Shown here piece by piece: positions 9,601 to 19,546 of a DNA stretch of 64,000 bases. Source of the stretch: an uncultured Chloroflexia bacterium (GTDB taxonomy: Bacteria > Chloroflexota > Anaerolineae > Anaerolineales > Villigracilaceae); the NCBI GenBank assembly GCA_963847105.1, contig CAWJYP010000003.1:558409-622408 (forward strand), read 5' to 3'. The position numbers and the translations under genes were made by a program. A model generated the notes under the pieces. It did no database searches, had not been told where the DNA came from, and saw only the letters and a list, made by a program, of their open reading frames with translations. How positions within the stretch are numbered: the stretch's first letter is position 1; each line of letters begins with the position of its first letter.

Positions 9601-10246
9601 GGCGGTCGGCACTGCTCCCGTTACCCTTGATGCGGTATCACAGGAAGGCATGCCAAGCCAGTTACAGGTCCTCCTTGCGCCGGGGAAAACCCCCGAGAAC
9701 GTCCCTGTCTCGATTGGGACTTTACCTGCCGGCAAGAGCGTTACGATCAAGTACCGTGTAACAGTCGATAATCCCATGGATAATCCGGTGGGCGCATTGA
9801 GGATTTTAAACCAGGGGACTGTATCGGGTATCGGCTTCCCCAGTGTGACCACGACCGATCCTTCTCCAAATCCTGATACCGCCTGCCTTGGAGCGGGCAC
9901 TAAAACCTGTACGCCCATCGACCGGCCCGATACGACTGTCACATCGATAAACCTGGCTGGCAGCAGTCCTACGAATGTAGGTTCTGTATCCTGGACGGTC
10001 ACATATGCCTCTGCGGTGAATGGCCTGACAAGCAGTAATTTCAGCCTGATAAATATCGGATTGACCGGCACACCTGCCATTACCGATGTGAGTCCGGTAG
10101 GCGCAGTCCCGGCTACCACATGGGTGGTCACAGCCAGTGCCGGTAGCGGCGATGGCACGCTGGGCCTGAATATGGTCAACGACAGCGGTTTCTCGCATGA
10201 TACGACCAATTTACTCTTCACCGGCCAGGTATATGTGATCGATCAT

Positions 10247-10895
10247 ACTTCTCCCACGGTAACGATTAACCAGGCTATCGGGCAGGCCGATCCGACCAAT
10301 GACGGTACGATCAACTTCACGGCTGGTCTTCAGCGAAGCGGTCGCCGGTTTTGGAACAGGCGATGTTAGCCTGACGGGAACCGCCGGAGCGACCACCGGC
10401 AGCGTCACCGAGGTCGCGCCGATGGACGGCACCACCTATAACGTGGCTGTCAGCGGCATGACGATCAGCGGGTCTGTCATCGCCTCGGTGGACGTAGGCG
10501 TGGCCCAGGATGCGGCTACCAATCCCAATGACGCATCCACCAGCACCGATAACACGGTGGCTTATGACATTACCGCACCGACGGTGACGATCGACCAGGC
10601 CATCGGGCAGGCCGACCCGACCAACAGCGGCACGATCAACTTCACAGTGGTCTTCAACGAAGCGGTCGCCGGTTTTGGAACAAGCGATGTATCTCTGACG
10701 GGCACCGCCGGAGCGATCACCGGCACTGTCACCGAGGTCGCGCCGATGGACGGCACCACCTATAACGTGGCTGTCAGCGACATGAGCGGCAGCGGGACCG
10801 TGATCGCCTCAGTAGGCGCAGGCGTGGCGGAAGACACCGCCACCAACCCTAACGGTGCCTCCACCAGCACCGATGACACGGTGACTTATGACATT
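10247..10895 (+). repeat. Tandem pair of about 108-aa (about 324-nt) coding repeats (module A)
   Basis: Both copies contain near-identical DNA, for example gtcaccgaggtcgcgccgatggacggcaccacctataacgtggctgtcagcg at 10407-10458 and 10731-10782. A degenerate third copy lies at about 12001-12325. Confidence 0.8.
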
Positions 10896-11696
10896 AACGC
10901 ACCGAACTCCACCATCGACCCTCCCTTACCTGCCAACCCGACCGCCATCACCAGCGCCAGTTTCAGCTTCAGCGGAGACGATGGCAGCGGTAGCGGTGTA
11001 GCCGGTTTTGAATGCAGCCTGGACGGTGGTTTCTCAACCTGCACAAGCCCACAGAACTATGACAGCCTTGGCGATGGAAGCCACACTTTCCAGGTTCGCG
11101 CCATCGACGATGCCGGGAATATCGACCCCACCCCGGCCACTTACACCTGGGTGGTGGACGCGACCGCACCGAATACGACCATCACCAGCATCCCCGGAAA
11201 CCCAACGACCAGTACCGATGCACATATCATTTTCAACGGGGACGATGGTACTGGCACCGGTGTGGCAAGTTTCGAATGCGCTCTGGATGGAGGCTTCTCC
11301 GCCTGCACCAGCCCGCAGGACTTCAGCAGCCTCAGTAATGGCAGCCACACCTTCCGGGTACGCGCTATTGACAATGTCGGGAATACCGATGCCACACCTG
11401 CATCCTTTACCTGGGTGGTGGACACGATCGCACCTGATACGAGTATTATCGGCGGCCCAACCAACCCGACCAATGGCACTGTCGCCTCTTTCACCTTTGG
11501 CGGCAATGATGGTACCGGTACGGGAGTAGCCAGTTTCGAATGCGCTCTGGATGGCGGCTTCTCCGCCTGCACCAGCCCGCAGGCCTACAGCAGTCTCACC
11601 CCGGGCAGCCACACCTTCCAGGTGCGTGCCATCGACGTTGTTGGGAATACCGACGCCACTCCTGCGTCCTTTACCTGGGTGGTGGATACAACTGCC
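10896..11696 (+). repeat. Three tandem coding repeats of about 88-89 aa (module B)
   Basis: The unit xAPxTTIxxxPxNPTxxxxAxFxFxGDDGTGxGVAxFECxLDGGFSxCTSPQxxxSLxxGSHTFxVRAIDxxGNxDxTPAxxTWVVD occurs three times in a row. Confidence 0.8.
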
Positions 11697-13056
11697 CCGA
11701 CGGCGGTAATCACTTCCACTGCTCTGGATCCGACCAACACCTCGCCAATACCTGTTACGATCACTTTCAGCGAACCTGTCTACGGCTTTGGCTCCCTGGT
11801 GGCTGCTGATGACCTGGCAATTAGCAACGGCACGGCCAGCGACCTGATCTCGGGCAGCGATGGCGATACCGTCTACACATTCGCCATCACTCCTGTCGGG
11901 CAGGGCACAGTGAGCGTCTATCTGCAGACAGGTAGAGTACACGACCTGGCTGGGAACAACAATAGTGAGGTTTCCAACACCTTAAGTCGCAACTACAATT
12001 CGATCAAGCCCACCGTGACGATCGAACAGGGTGGAAGCCAGACCGATCCGACCAACTTTAGCCCGATCAACTTCACGGTGGTCTTTAGCGAACCCGTCAA
12101 CAATTTCGGCACCGGGGATGTGGATTTGAGCGCCAGCACTACGCTCGGAACTCTCAGCGGAATCGTATCTGAAGTTGCGCCAATGGATGGCACGACTTAC
12201 GATGTTTCCGTCAGCGGTATGAGCAGCACTGGGGCGGTTATCGCTGCCGTCCCGGCGGATGCAGCCTGGGACACTGCCGCCAACGGCAACGATGCCTCCA
12301 CAAGTGTCGATCATTCCGTCGCTTATACGGCGGCTGCGCCTGTTATCACTGAAGGCGCCAGTATCAGTATCACCATGTCGAAGAACGGCACCCCCATCCC
12401 CTTCGCCTTGACGCTGCACGCCACCGATGCCAATCTTGATCCGTTGACATGGAGCATCCTGACCCCGGCCGACTTCGGCACTGCCGATGTGGGAGCTAGC
12501 ACTGGGATCGTCTCATACACGCCATCACTCAATTACACCGGTCTGGACTCGTTCACGGTTCAGGTTTCAGACGGGTATGGCGGCACAGACAGTATCACCG
12601 TCAATGTGACCATCCAGGCTCCGGCGGTCATAACCAGCCCCAACAAAGTAACGTTCACGGTTGGCCATGTCGAATCCTTCACGATAACCACCACCGGCTT
12701 CCCGACCGGCGCGTCGATGTTGATCTCAGCGGTAGGCCCCCTGCCGGACTTTGTGACGTTCACGGATAACCATGATGGCACAGCAACTCTGGCCGGGGTT
12801 CCCATGGACGGCACCACTGGGACCTATCTAATAACGATAACTGCCGCCAATGGCGTGGGTTCAGTTGCCGTTCAGACCTTCAGCCTGAAGGTCTGGGAAA
12901 AGCCCATTTGGGAGATCTATCTTCCATTGTTGATTCGTTGAGCAGTGACCGCTCGCCAAATAGCAGATCGCCTGGACGGAAGGTATTGAGTAGGTCCGGG
13001 TCTTTCCAATCAATGCCCCGGGACGCAGATAACTTTCGGATCGCTTATTCCAAAAA

Positions 13057-13081
13057 CCCGCAGGAGAAATCCTGCGGGTTT
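13057..13081 (+). terminator. Rho-independent terminator downstream of the adhesin gene
   Basis: A 9-bp stem (cccgcagga / tcctgcggg) with a gaaa loop is followed by ttt. Confidence 0.6.
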
Positions 13082-13295
13082 CGTATCCTCCGAGCAATTC
13101 TTTTATACCCCAGACGAGCCATTCCACCTCGGTAGAGGCTGGACGCCCGGGCGGGGAGGTCTATGTCCTCCTTGATGTGGCTTTTGTCTTGATTTTCAAT
13201 GGTGGTATATAATTAATTTAGTTTCGGATCGGTGCGGTAAACATGTTCCAGGCTGCAATCTTTAGCCTTTCGTAGGGACATCTTCCCACACCCCA

Positions 13296-14543
13296 ATGGT
13301 TTCTCTCTTGAAGGGATACCTCTTGGCATCTACAAATCCACTCCGACAAATAGGGCTAAAAATCCCCTGGCTGCACCGCTGGATCTATTACCTTGCCGCC
13401 GGCTTCATGTTCGCAGCCGCAGCCCTGCGCGCTCTCATTATTTATCAGGATAAACCTCTTCTAAACCAGACACTGCTCGCCCTTGTTGTCTGGCTGTTAT
13501 TATTCAGTGGAAGTACATTTCTTTCCCGCCGGTTGCCCTGGTCTGTGCCGGTCTTCATCGTCGCGCAAGCCGGGCTGATCATCTTCCTGATCGTGACCAC
13601 CGAGCAGGATTTCTTTGCTTTTCTATTCTCCCTCCTGGACATGCAGGCTATGCAGCGGTATTCCCCCCGAATTGTAGGAGGACTGATCGGTCTATTTGCT
13701 GTGGTGACTTTCGTGGTCCTGATCGGTCCCATCGGCGCGCTCCAGGCCCTGGCCCTGGCGTTGATCTATGCGGCGTTGGGAGCCCTCCTGGCAGCATATA
13801 TCTGGTCCACCCGCTGTGCCGAAGTGATCCGGGAACAACAACAGGCATTGCTTGGCGAATTACAGGAGGCAAATCTGCAGCTGGAGTTCCATGCCCGCCA
13901 GCAGGAACAACTGGCGGCGGGTCGTGAACGCCAGCGTCTGGCGCGCGAACTGCACGACTCGGTCACGCAGACCATCTTCAGTATGACGCTGACCACTCAA
14001 TCGGCGCTGATCTTGATGGAGCGTGAGCGAGGTCTGGTAACCGGTCAACTGGACCGGCTGGATCAATTGACCCAGAGCGCCATGGGTGAGATGCAGACAT
14101 TGATCTCCCGCCTTGCGCCCGAGACAGAAATCAAGGGTGGCTTTGTCAGCGCTTTGCAGCAGCACCTGGATGAACGCCGCCGGCTGGAAAATCTGGCGGT
14201 GTCACTGGAACTGGATGGCGTACAACCGCTCGACCCGGTCGAAGAAGCCGGCCTATTTCGCATCGTCCAGGAAGCTTTGAATAACGTCATCAAGCATGCC
14301 CAGGTTCAACAGGCTACAGTGCGGATACATTTTTCCGAGCCGTTCTGGATGGAAATTGAAGATCACGGGGCTGGCTTTGATCCGCAACGTGTACAGGGAG
14401 ATGGGCGGATGGGTTTGATGGGAATGGCAGAACGCACTGCCGAGATCGGTTGGACCCTGCAGGTAAAATCGTCTCCCGGAAGCGGTACGCGCATCCGGGT
14501 TGAAAAAAACCGGGAGGAAAATACCATCAATGGCCACAGATAA
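13296..14543 (+). CDS. Sensor histidine kinase, NarL-partner type (HisKA_3 + HATPase_c)
   Basis: 415 aa. It has about 5 N-terminal TM segments, a coiled LQLEFHARQQEQLAAGRERQRLARELHDSVTQTIF (H-box), and an ATPase region LFRIVQEALNNVIKHA ... DHGAGFD ... GLMGMAERT. Confidence 0.85.
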   Translation: MVSLLKGYLLASTNPLRQIGLKIPWLHRWIYYLAAGFMFAAAALRALIIYQDKPLLNQTLLALVVWLLLFSGSTFLSRRLPWSVPVFIVAQAGLIIFLIVTTEQDFFAFLFSLLDMQAMQRYSPRIVGGLIGLFAVVTFVVLIGPIGALQALALALIYAALGALLAAYIWSTRCAEVIREQQQALLGELQEANLQLEFHARQQEQLAAGRERQRLARELHDSVTQTIFSMTLTTQSALILMERERGLVTGQLDRLDQLTQSAMGEMQTLISRLAPETEIKGGFVSALQQHLDERRRLENLAVSLELDGVQPLDPVEEAGLFRIVQEALNNVIKHAQVQQATVRIHFSEPFWMEIEDHGAGFDPQRVQGDGRMGLMGMAERTAEIGWTLQVKSSPGSGTRIRVEKNREENTINGHR

Positions 14544-15201
14544 TCCAAAAATTAAAGTCTTGATCGTAGACGATCACCAGGTCGTACGGCAGGGTTTGCA
14601 TACCTTCCTCGACCTGAATGAAGATATTCAAGTCGTCGGCGAGGCTTGCGACGGGTACGAGGCGGTCGATGCGGCTGCCCGGCTCGCTCCGGATGTTGTT
14701 CTGATGGACCTGGTCATGCCGCGCATGGACGGCATCGAGGCCATCGGCAAGGTAAAAGCACTCGGTCAGGGTATAAAAGTGATCGCCCTGACGAGCTTTA
14801 CGGAAGATGATAAAGTATTCCCAGCCATACAGGCCGGCGCCTCCAGTTACCTGCTCAAGGACGTTACTCCCGATGCGCTGGTAGAGGCAATCCGGTCAAC
14901 CTACCTCGGTGAAGCGCGTCTGCATCCTGCAGTCATGCGCAAGCTAATGGAGCAGGTCGCGGCTCAGCCGGGGAACCGGAAACAGGTCGACGGTCCGCAG
15001 CTTACCGAGCGGGAAATGGAAGTGATCCACCTGGTTGCCCACGGGAAGAGCAACCGCGAGATCGCCGAGATCCTGGTCATCAGCGATAAGACCGCCAAGG
15101 CCCATATCAGCAATATTCTTGGAAAATTGAACCTGGAAGACCGAACTCAGATGGCCGTCTATGCCATCAAGAATGGTCTGGTGAAACCGGATGAATTGTA
15201 G
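14530..15201 (+). CDS. Response regulator, NarL/LuxR family
   Basis: ATG at 14530 overlaps the kinase stop by 14 nt. Receiver motifs are KVLIVDDHQ ... VVLMDLVMPRMDG. The C-terminal LuxR HTH is LTEREMEVIHLVAHGKSNREIAEILVISDKTAKAHISNILGKL. Confidence 0.85.
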   Translation: MATDNPKIKVLIVDDHQVVRQGLHTFLDLNEDIQVVGEACDGYEAVDAAARLAPDVVLMDLVMPRMDGIEAIGKVKALGQGIKVIALTSFTEDDKVFPAIQAGASSYLLKDVTPDALVEAIRSTYLGEARLHPAVMRKLMEQVAAQPGNRKQVDGPQLTEREMEVIHLVAHGKSNREIAEILVISDKTAKAHISNILGKLNLEDRTQMAVYAIKNGLVKPDEL

Positions 15202-16035
15202 GTGCATCCCTTGACTCGAGTTGAAGTTCCCGTACCGCCAATCTCCCGGCCCAGACCGATCATCCTGATAGCGGTGTACTTTTTCTACGTCACAGTGGTT
15301 TTACGCACCCTGGCCGAGTGGGAAGTCATATCCTCCCGTTTGCCAATCTATCTGACACTGGAATTCCTTTTTGGAGTGTTGTTTACATTAATGTTGTGGC
15401 GTCCCTTCCGCCGGGGGATCTGGCCGCACCTGTACTTCGTATTCCAATCCTTGCTAGCCTTATTCCTGCTGGCATTGAACCCCGATTTGGATTTCACGAA
15501 TGTTCTGCTCGTGCTGCTTTCCTTTCAGGCTGTCCTGGTTTTCCAAAGCCGGGTACATTGGGCGTGGGTGGTCATCCAGGTACTTCTCATTGTCTTGTCG
15601 TTGACGTTATTCATGCGAGAATATGGTTTAGCGCTCTCGCTTCTGCCCGCGACTGCTGCGCTGATCCTACCAGCCTATGTTGTCATCACAAGGGAGATTG
15701 AAGCCGGGCAGAGGAGCCGACACGCACTTTTGGCTGAGCTGCAAGAGGCCAACCGGCAGCTGACCGCCTACACCAGCCAGGTGGAGGAATTGGCCAGAAT
15801 TCAGGAACGCAACCGCCTGGCGCGTGAACTGCACGACTCGGTATCTCAGACCATGTTCAGCATCGGCCTGCACAGCCGCGCCACCCGTATCTTGCTCGAT
15901 GACGACCCGGAAAAATTGCGACTGCAGTTGGAGCAGCTGCAAACGTTGACCCAGAACGCCCTGGAGGAGATGCGCAGCCTGATTGCAGACCTTCGTCCAC
16001 AACCGAATGAGACCACCGAACGACCTACGCCTTAA
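15202..16035 (+). CDS. Membrane protein with a HisKA_3 dimerisation/phosphoacceptor domain but no ATPase domain (truncated kinase paralog)
   Basis: GTG start immediately after the regulator stop. It has about 5 TM segments, then QVEELARIQERNRLARELHDSVSQTMF. The ORF stops at ...LIADLRPQPNETTERPTP*, where an HATPase_c domain would begin. Only 95-127 nt remain before the next gene. Confidence 0.65.
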   Translation: MHPLTRVEVPVPPISRPRPIILIAVYFFYVTVVLRTLAEWEVISSRLPIYLTLEFLFGVLFTLMLWRPFRRGIWPHLYFVFQSLLALFLLALNPDLDFTNVLLVLLSFQAVLVFQSRVHWAWVVIQVLLIVLSLTLFMREYGLALSLLPATAALILPAYVVITREIEAGQRSRHALLAELQEANRQLTAYTSQVEELARIQERNRLARELHDSVSQTMFSIGLHSRATRILLDDDPEKLRLQLEQLQTLTQNALEEMRSLIADLRPQPNETTERPTP

Positions 16036-16162
16036 TACCTAGATCCCTGCTCTCCAAGACTGACAATTAAGATCCATCTCCGGCCTGCGTCAAGATACGC
16101 CGCAGGCCGGCTGTGTTTTCGCGCCAGACGTGGCATCATGGAAGCGAAGGAATTCAGCAACC

Positions 16163-16594
16163 ATGACCACACTTCCACAATCCCCGGCTATATCCCACAT
16201 CCGCCCTGTGCGGATGCTGCTCGTGGACGATTCTGCCAGCGTTCGGCATGAACTGGCGCATCTGCTAGATCTTTCCGGCATGGTGCATATCATCGGTGAA
16301 GCCGCCGACGGTCTGGAAGCGGTTCGTCTGGCTGCTGACCTATCCCCCGAAGTTGTTCTCATGGATCTGGAAATGCCCGGTTTGGACGGTTTCGATACGA
16401 CCCGGCAGATCAAAGCCGGTCAGCCTGCTCCCCGTGTGGTCATCTTGAGCGCTCATGGGAAACCGGAGGATCAAGAGCGCGCCCGGGCAGCCGGAGCAGA
16501 TGGGTTTGTTGTCAAAGGTGCCAGTTATCAGACCCTTTTAACCGCCATCCTTGAGAAGGATGGATCAACCATATCATTTGAAAAAGGAGAATGA
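16163..16594 (+). CDS. Stand-alone receiver (CheY-like) response regulator
   Basis: Motifs: RMLLVDDSASV ... VVLMDLEMPGLDG ... VVILSAHG. There is no output domain. The start could also be 16130. Confidence 0.8.
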   Translation: MTTLPQSPAISHIRPVRMLLVDDSASVRHELAHLLDLSGMVHIIGEAADGLEAVRLAADLSPEVVLMDLEMPGLDGFDTTRQIKAGQPAPRVVILSAHGKPEDQERARAAGADGFVVKGASYQTLLTAILEKDGSTISFEKGE

Positions 16595-17034
16595 TCATGA
16601 ATACAAAGAAGTTGTGGATCGCTGTTTTGAGTGGGGCAGCCATGAGCCTGCTTCTGGCCAACGTGCCCTTTCTCAACCTCATCAACCTCCTGCTCTGCGC
16701 AGGCTTCTGGGTCAGCCCGCTGTTTGCAGTCTGGCTGTATCGCCGCCTGAGTGGGGATGTAAGCCTCGGCCAGGCAGTGAAGATCGGTGCGTTGACCGGG
16801 TTGATCGCCTGGGCAATCGGTTTCCTGCTCAGTTTCGTTGGGCTTGCCGGTATCCAGGGAATCTTGAATGGCGTCCAGAATTTCCTGCCGGCGGATTCCA
16901 CCCAGGACATGCCGGCCATAGGCGCGACGCTTTTCAACCTCGCCGGTGTACTGTTCGAGGTCTTCTTTGGCGTGATCGGCGGCTTGCTCGGTGGAGCCAT
17001 CTTCCGGACCCGCCCCCAGGTCGTGAAAGCTTGA
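16591..17034 (+). CDS. Small polytopic membrane protein, family unknown
   Basis: 147 aa with about 4 hydrophobic segments. Its ATG overlaps the upstream stop (ATGA), which suggests translational coupling. Confidence 0.6.
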   Translation: MIMNTKKLWIAVLSGAAMSLLLANVPFLNLINLLLCAGFWVSPLFAVWLYRRLSGDVSLGQAVKIGALTGLIAWAIGFLLSFVGLAGIQGILNGVQNFLPADSTQDMPAIGATLFNLAGVLFEVFFGVIGGLLGGAIFRTRPQVVKA

Positions 17035-17041
17035 GGAAGCA

Positions 17042-18661
17042 ATGAAAACAAAAAACCGCATCAATCTATTATCTTCACTACCCCTTCGAGCATCAATCCT
17101 TCTGATCATACTCATCGTGGCTACCATCCCCATGTTCGCCTCGGTCTTTCCCACCCGCGTCACCCCCGCAGATGCCTCTGCGGAACAATTCTCTGCCGAG
17201 CGCGCCCTCGTGCATCTGCCGGTCATTGCCGCCGAACCGCATCCCCAAGGTTCACCAGCCCAGGCAGCCGTGCGGGACTATCTCGTCGGGCAGTTGACAG
17301 ATATGGGTGTGGAGGTGCAGGTCCAGCGAACGCGCGATCTGGAGAACGTGGTCGCCAGGCTGCGAGGCTCGGATCCGACCGGCGCGATCGTCATCCTGTC
17401 GCATTACGACACAGTTTCCTACAGCCCTGGTGCTGGCGATAACGGCAGTGCTGTAGCTGCCCTGGTGGAGATCGTACGCGCCCTCGCCGCCGGCCCGACC
17501 CCGCGCAATGACATCATCGCCCTCTTTGATGACGGCGAGGAATACCCCGGTGTCTTCGCCGGGACTTACGCCTTCGTAGGCGAGCATCCCTGGATGGACG
17601 ATGTGCGCGTAGCCGTCAGTATCGACACTGCCGTGGCGGGGTCCATCTCTGCCAACGAAGTCGGCCCGAACAACGGTTGGCTGGTGGATGTGATGGCCGA
17701 CGTCTACAACGGCGGCGCCTGGACCTCATTCAGCGGAGGCGGGGAGTATAACAGCACTCCCTTCCGCGAAGCCGGTTTCCTCGTCCTTGCGCTGGAAGAC
17801 AATTATCCTTTCCGGCAGAAACACACCGCCGAAGACCTTCCCGGTATCATCCGCCCCGCCAGTATGCAGCAGATGGGTGAGCAGACCCTGGCGATCGCCC
17901 GCGAACTTGGCCAAAGGGACCTTGTGAATCCGTGGGGCGAACAGGAGACATTCTTCGCCGTCTCCTTCTTTGGCCTGGCCCATTACCCTGAAGCCTGGTC
18001 GCTCCCGCTGGTCATTACTGCCGGGATACTCATGTTGGTCGCCTTCGGGTTGATGTTGTGGCGTAAGTTCGTCTCGTGGCGAGGAATGCTCATCTCTTTT
18101 GGCACCATCCTGCTAACGGTGGTGATTAGTGTGATCGTGGTCACTCTGTTGATGCCACGCATGCCCGCCATCTTTGGATGGAAGACACTCGACTGGCCGG
18201 ATTGGCCGGAGGTCATCCCGCCCAACGGATGGGTCCCGGTGATCATTTTTGACCTGTTCACCCTGGCCGTCTGCGTGCTGGGCTACATGCTGGCACGCCG
18301 CTGGAGTGGACGTGCGGATCACTCGCTGGCCGGTCTGCTGCCGTTCCTCATCCCAGCCGTAGCTTTTTCCATTGTTATGCCACGCGTTGCTTATCCCTTT
18401 CTGTGGACCGTCTTGATCGGCTCGGCAGGGTGGATTGTCGCTGCAGTAGCCGGGCGGAAGCACCTTGGCTGGTCTAGGGATCTGGCCACCACCCTGGCGG
18501 CACTGCCGCTGGTCGTCCTGCTGCTGGTCTTCGTGCCGGGCGTTGTGATGGCCGATGGTATGAAAAGTTTGAATATACTGGTTGGTGCTGAAGCGCTGAT
18601 CATGGGAGTCGTCCTGCCTGCCATCGACGGCCTGTTGGTTCGCCGGCCTGCCCAGAAATAG
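17042..18661 (+). CDS. M28 family metallopeptidase fused to a C-terminal polytopic membrane domain
   Basis: 539 aa. Motifs: ILSHYDTVSYSPGAGDNGSAVAALVEIVRAL and ALFDGEE-type ALFDDGEE. The last about 230 aa are strongly hydrophobic. Confidence 0.8.
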   Translation: MKTKNRINLLSSLPLRASILLIILIVATIPMFASVFPTRVTPADASAEQFSAERALVHLPVIAAEPHPQGSPAQAAVRDYLVGQLTDMGVEVQVQRTRDLENVVARLRGSDPTGAIVILSHYDTVSYSPGAGDNGSAVAALVEIVRALAAGPTPRNDIIALFDDGEEYPGVFAGTYAFVGEHPWMDDVRVAVSIDTAVAGSISANEVGPNNGWLVDVMADVYNGGAWTSFSGGGEYNSTPFREAGFLVLALEDNYPFRQKHTAEDLPGIIRPASMQQMGEQTLAIARELGQRDLVNPWGEQETFFAVSFFGLAHYPEAWSLPLVITAGILMLVAFGLMLWRKFVSWRGMLISFGTILLTVVISVIVVTLLMPRMPAIFGWKTLDWPDWPEVIPPNGWVPVIIFDLFTLAVCVLGYMLARRWSGRADHSLAGLLPFLIPAVAFSIVMPRVAYPFLWTVLIGSAGWIVAAVAGRKHLGWSRDLATTLAALPLVVLLLVFVPGVVMADGMKSLNILVGAEALIMGVVLPAIDGLLVRRPAQK

Positions 18662-18701
18662 AATGATATGAGCGAAATTATCTTATTTGCGGAGGTGAAA
18701 A

Positions 18702-19523
18702 ATGAAATCCCTTCTGAAGCAGGGAACGTACTCGAAGGAGTGGGTCAAGGATTTTTACACCCAGGCAGGTATCTGGTGGGGAAGGGACCCACAGGCACCA
18801 GGTGAACATGCTGCGCGCGTGAAAACTATCGAACGCCTGTGCGGGGTAGAAAATATGCGCATTCTGGACCTAGGTTCGGGGCCAGGTCGTACGGCGGCCG
18901 CCCTGGCTGAGGTTGGACACACAGTTGTGGCCGTTGAATTGAATCCGACTGATGCGGAGTATGCGCGAGAGTTACTTGATAAACCATACAAGGGCCGAAT
19001 GGAATTTATGGAAGATGATTTCTATACCGTCGAGTTAAAGGGTAAATTCGATGTAATCACATGCTGGCAGGTATTCGGGATCGGGACAGATTCGGATCAA
19101 CGCCGGCTGCTAAAGCGCATTGCCCGGGAATGGCTTGCTCCGGGAGGCAGCGTCTTGTTGGATGTTTACAACCCGGCCGGTCCGGTCCGGGACAACGGCA
19201 GAGAATGGCACCTTTCACCGCTGCCGGGAGTTTCAGGTTCGGTCGATATGATCGAACGCTGTAAATATGATCCCGTCCAGGGCCGCTGGATCGATGAATG
19301 GTATCCAACGGCCAATCCTGAGGCGGCCCTGGCGCAAACTCTCCGCTGTTACACGCCGGCTGACTTGTTATTGCTTCTGGAGGGGACCGGTCTGGGCTTG
19401 CATCATCTGGAAATCGAGGGTGAAGTATTCGATGTGACTTCCAATAAGAGGACGGCTTCAACGACCTGCTTCACCAATGATTACAATTATCTGGTTCAGC
19501 TTAAGCATGAGAGTACATCTTGA
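18702..19523 (+). CDS. Class I SAM-dependent methyltransferase
   Basis: Motif I is ILDLGSGPGRTAAALAEVGHTVVAVE. 273 aa, with GGAGG upstream. Confidence 0.8.
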   Translation: MKSLLKQGTYSKEWVKDFYTQAGIWWGRDPQAPGEHAARVKTIERLCGVENMRILDLGSGPGRTAAALAEVGHTVVAVELNPTDAEYARELLDKPYKGRMEFMEDDFYTVELKGKFDVITCWQVFGIGTDSDQRRLLKRIAREWLAPGGSVLLDVYNPAGPVRDNGREWHLSPLPGVSGSVDMIERCKYDPVQGRWIDEWYPTANPEAALAQTLRCYTPADLLLLLEGTGLGLHHLEIEGEVFDVTSNKRTASTTCFTNDYNYLVQLKHESTS

Positions 19524-19546
19524 TGATGTTTGTTTGTGCAGAATGG

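Larger units (their letters stand above)
9650..12941 (+). pseudogene. Large repeat-rich Ig-like adhesin interrupted by a +1 frameshift at about 10323 (fragments 9650..10369 and 10299..12941)
   Basis: The first fragment ends ...TINQAIGQADPTNDGTINFT|AGLQRSG. The second continues ...VFSEAVAGFGTGDVSLTGTAG. The neighbouring intact repeat reads TIDQAIGQADPTNSGTINFTVVFNEAVAGFGTSDVSLTGTAG. Removing c at 10323 restores T-V-V-F-S-E-A-V-A-G-F-G. There is no signal peptide at 9650. Confidence 0.7.

Noticed and set aside
10247-11696. Tandem direct repeats that could be mistaken for a CRISPR array or the template/variable repeats of a diversity-generating retroelement.
   Set aside because: The units are 265-325 nt, contiguous without spacers, in frame, and encode Ig-like modules. 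No cas genes or reverse transcriptase occur in the window. Differences between copies are not adenine-specific.
6148-12419. Many long antisense or out-of-frame ORFs across the giant surface-protein genes, for example 6148..6660(-), 9427..10221(-), 11034..11942(-) and 11008..11529(+).
   Set aside because: They lie entirely inside much longer, motif-bearing ORFs. Their composition is Arg/Gly/Pro/Val-skewed, as expected for shadow frames of GC-rich repetitive coding DNA. None has an RBS or recognisable motifs.
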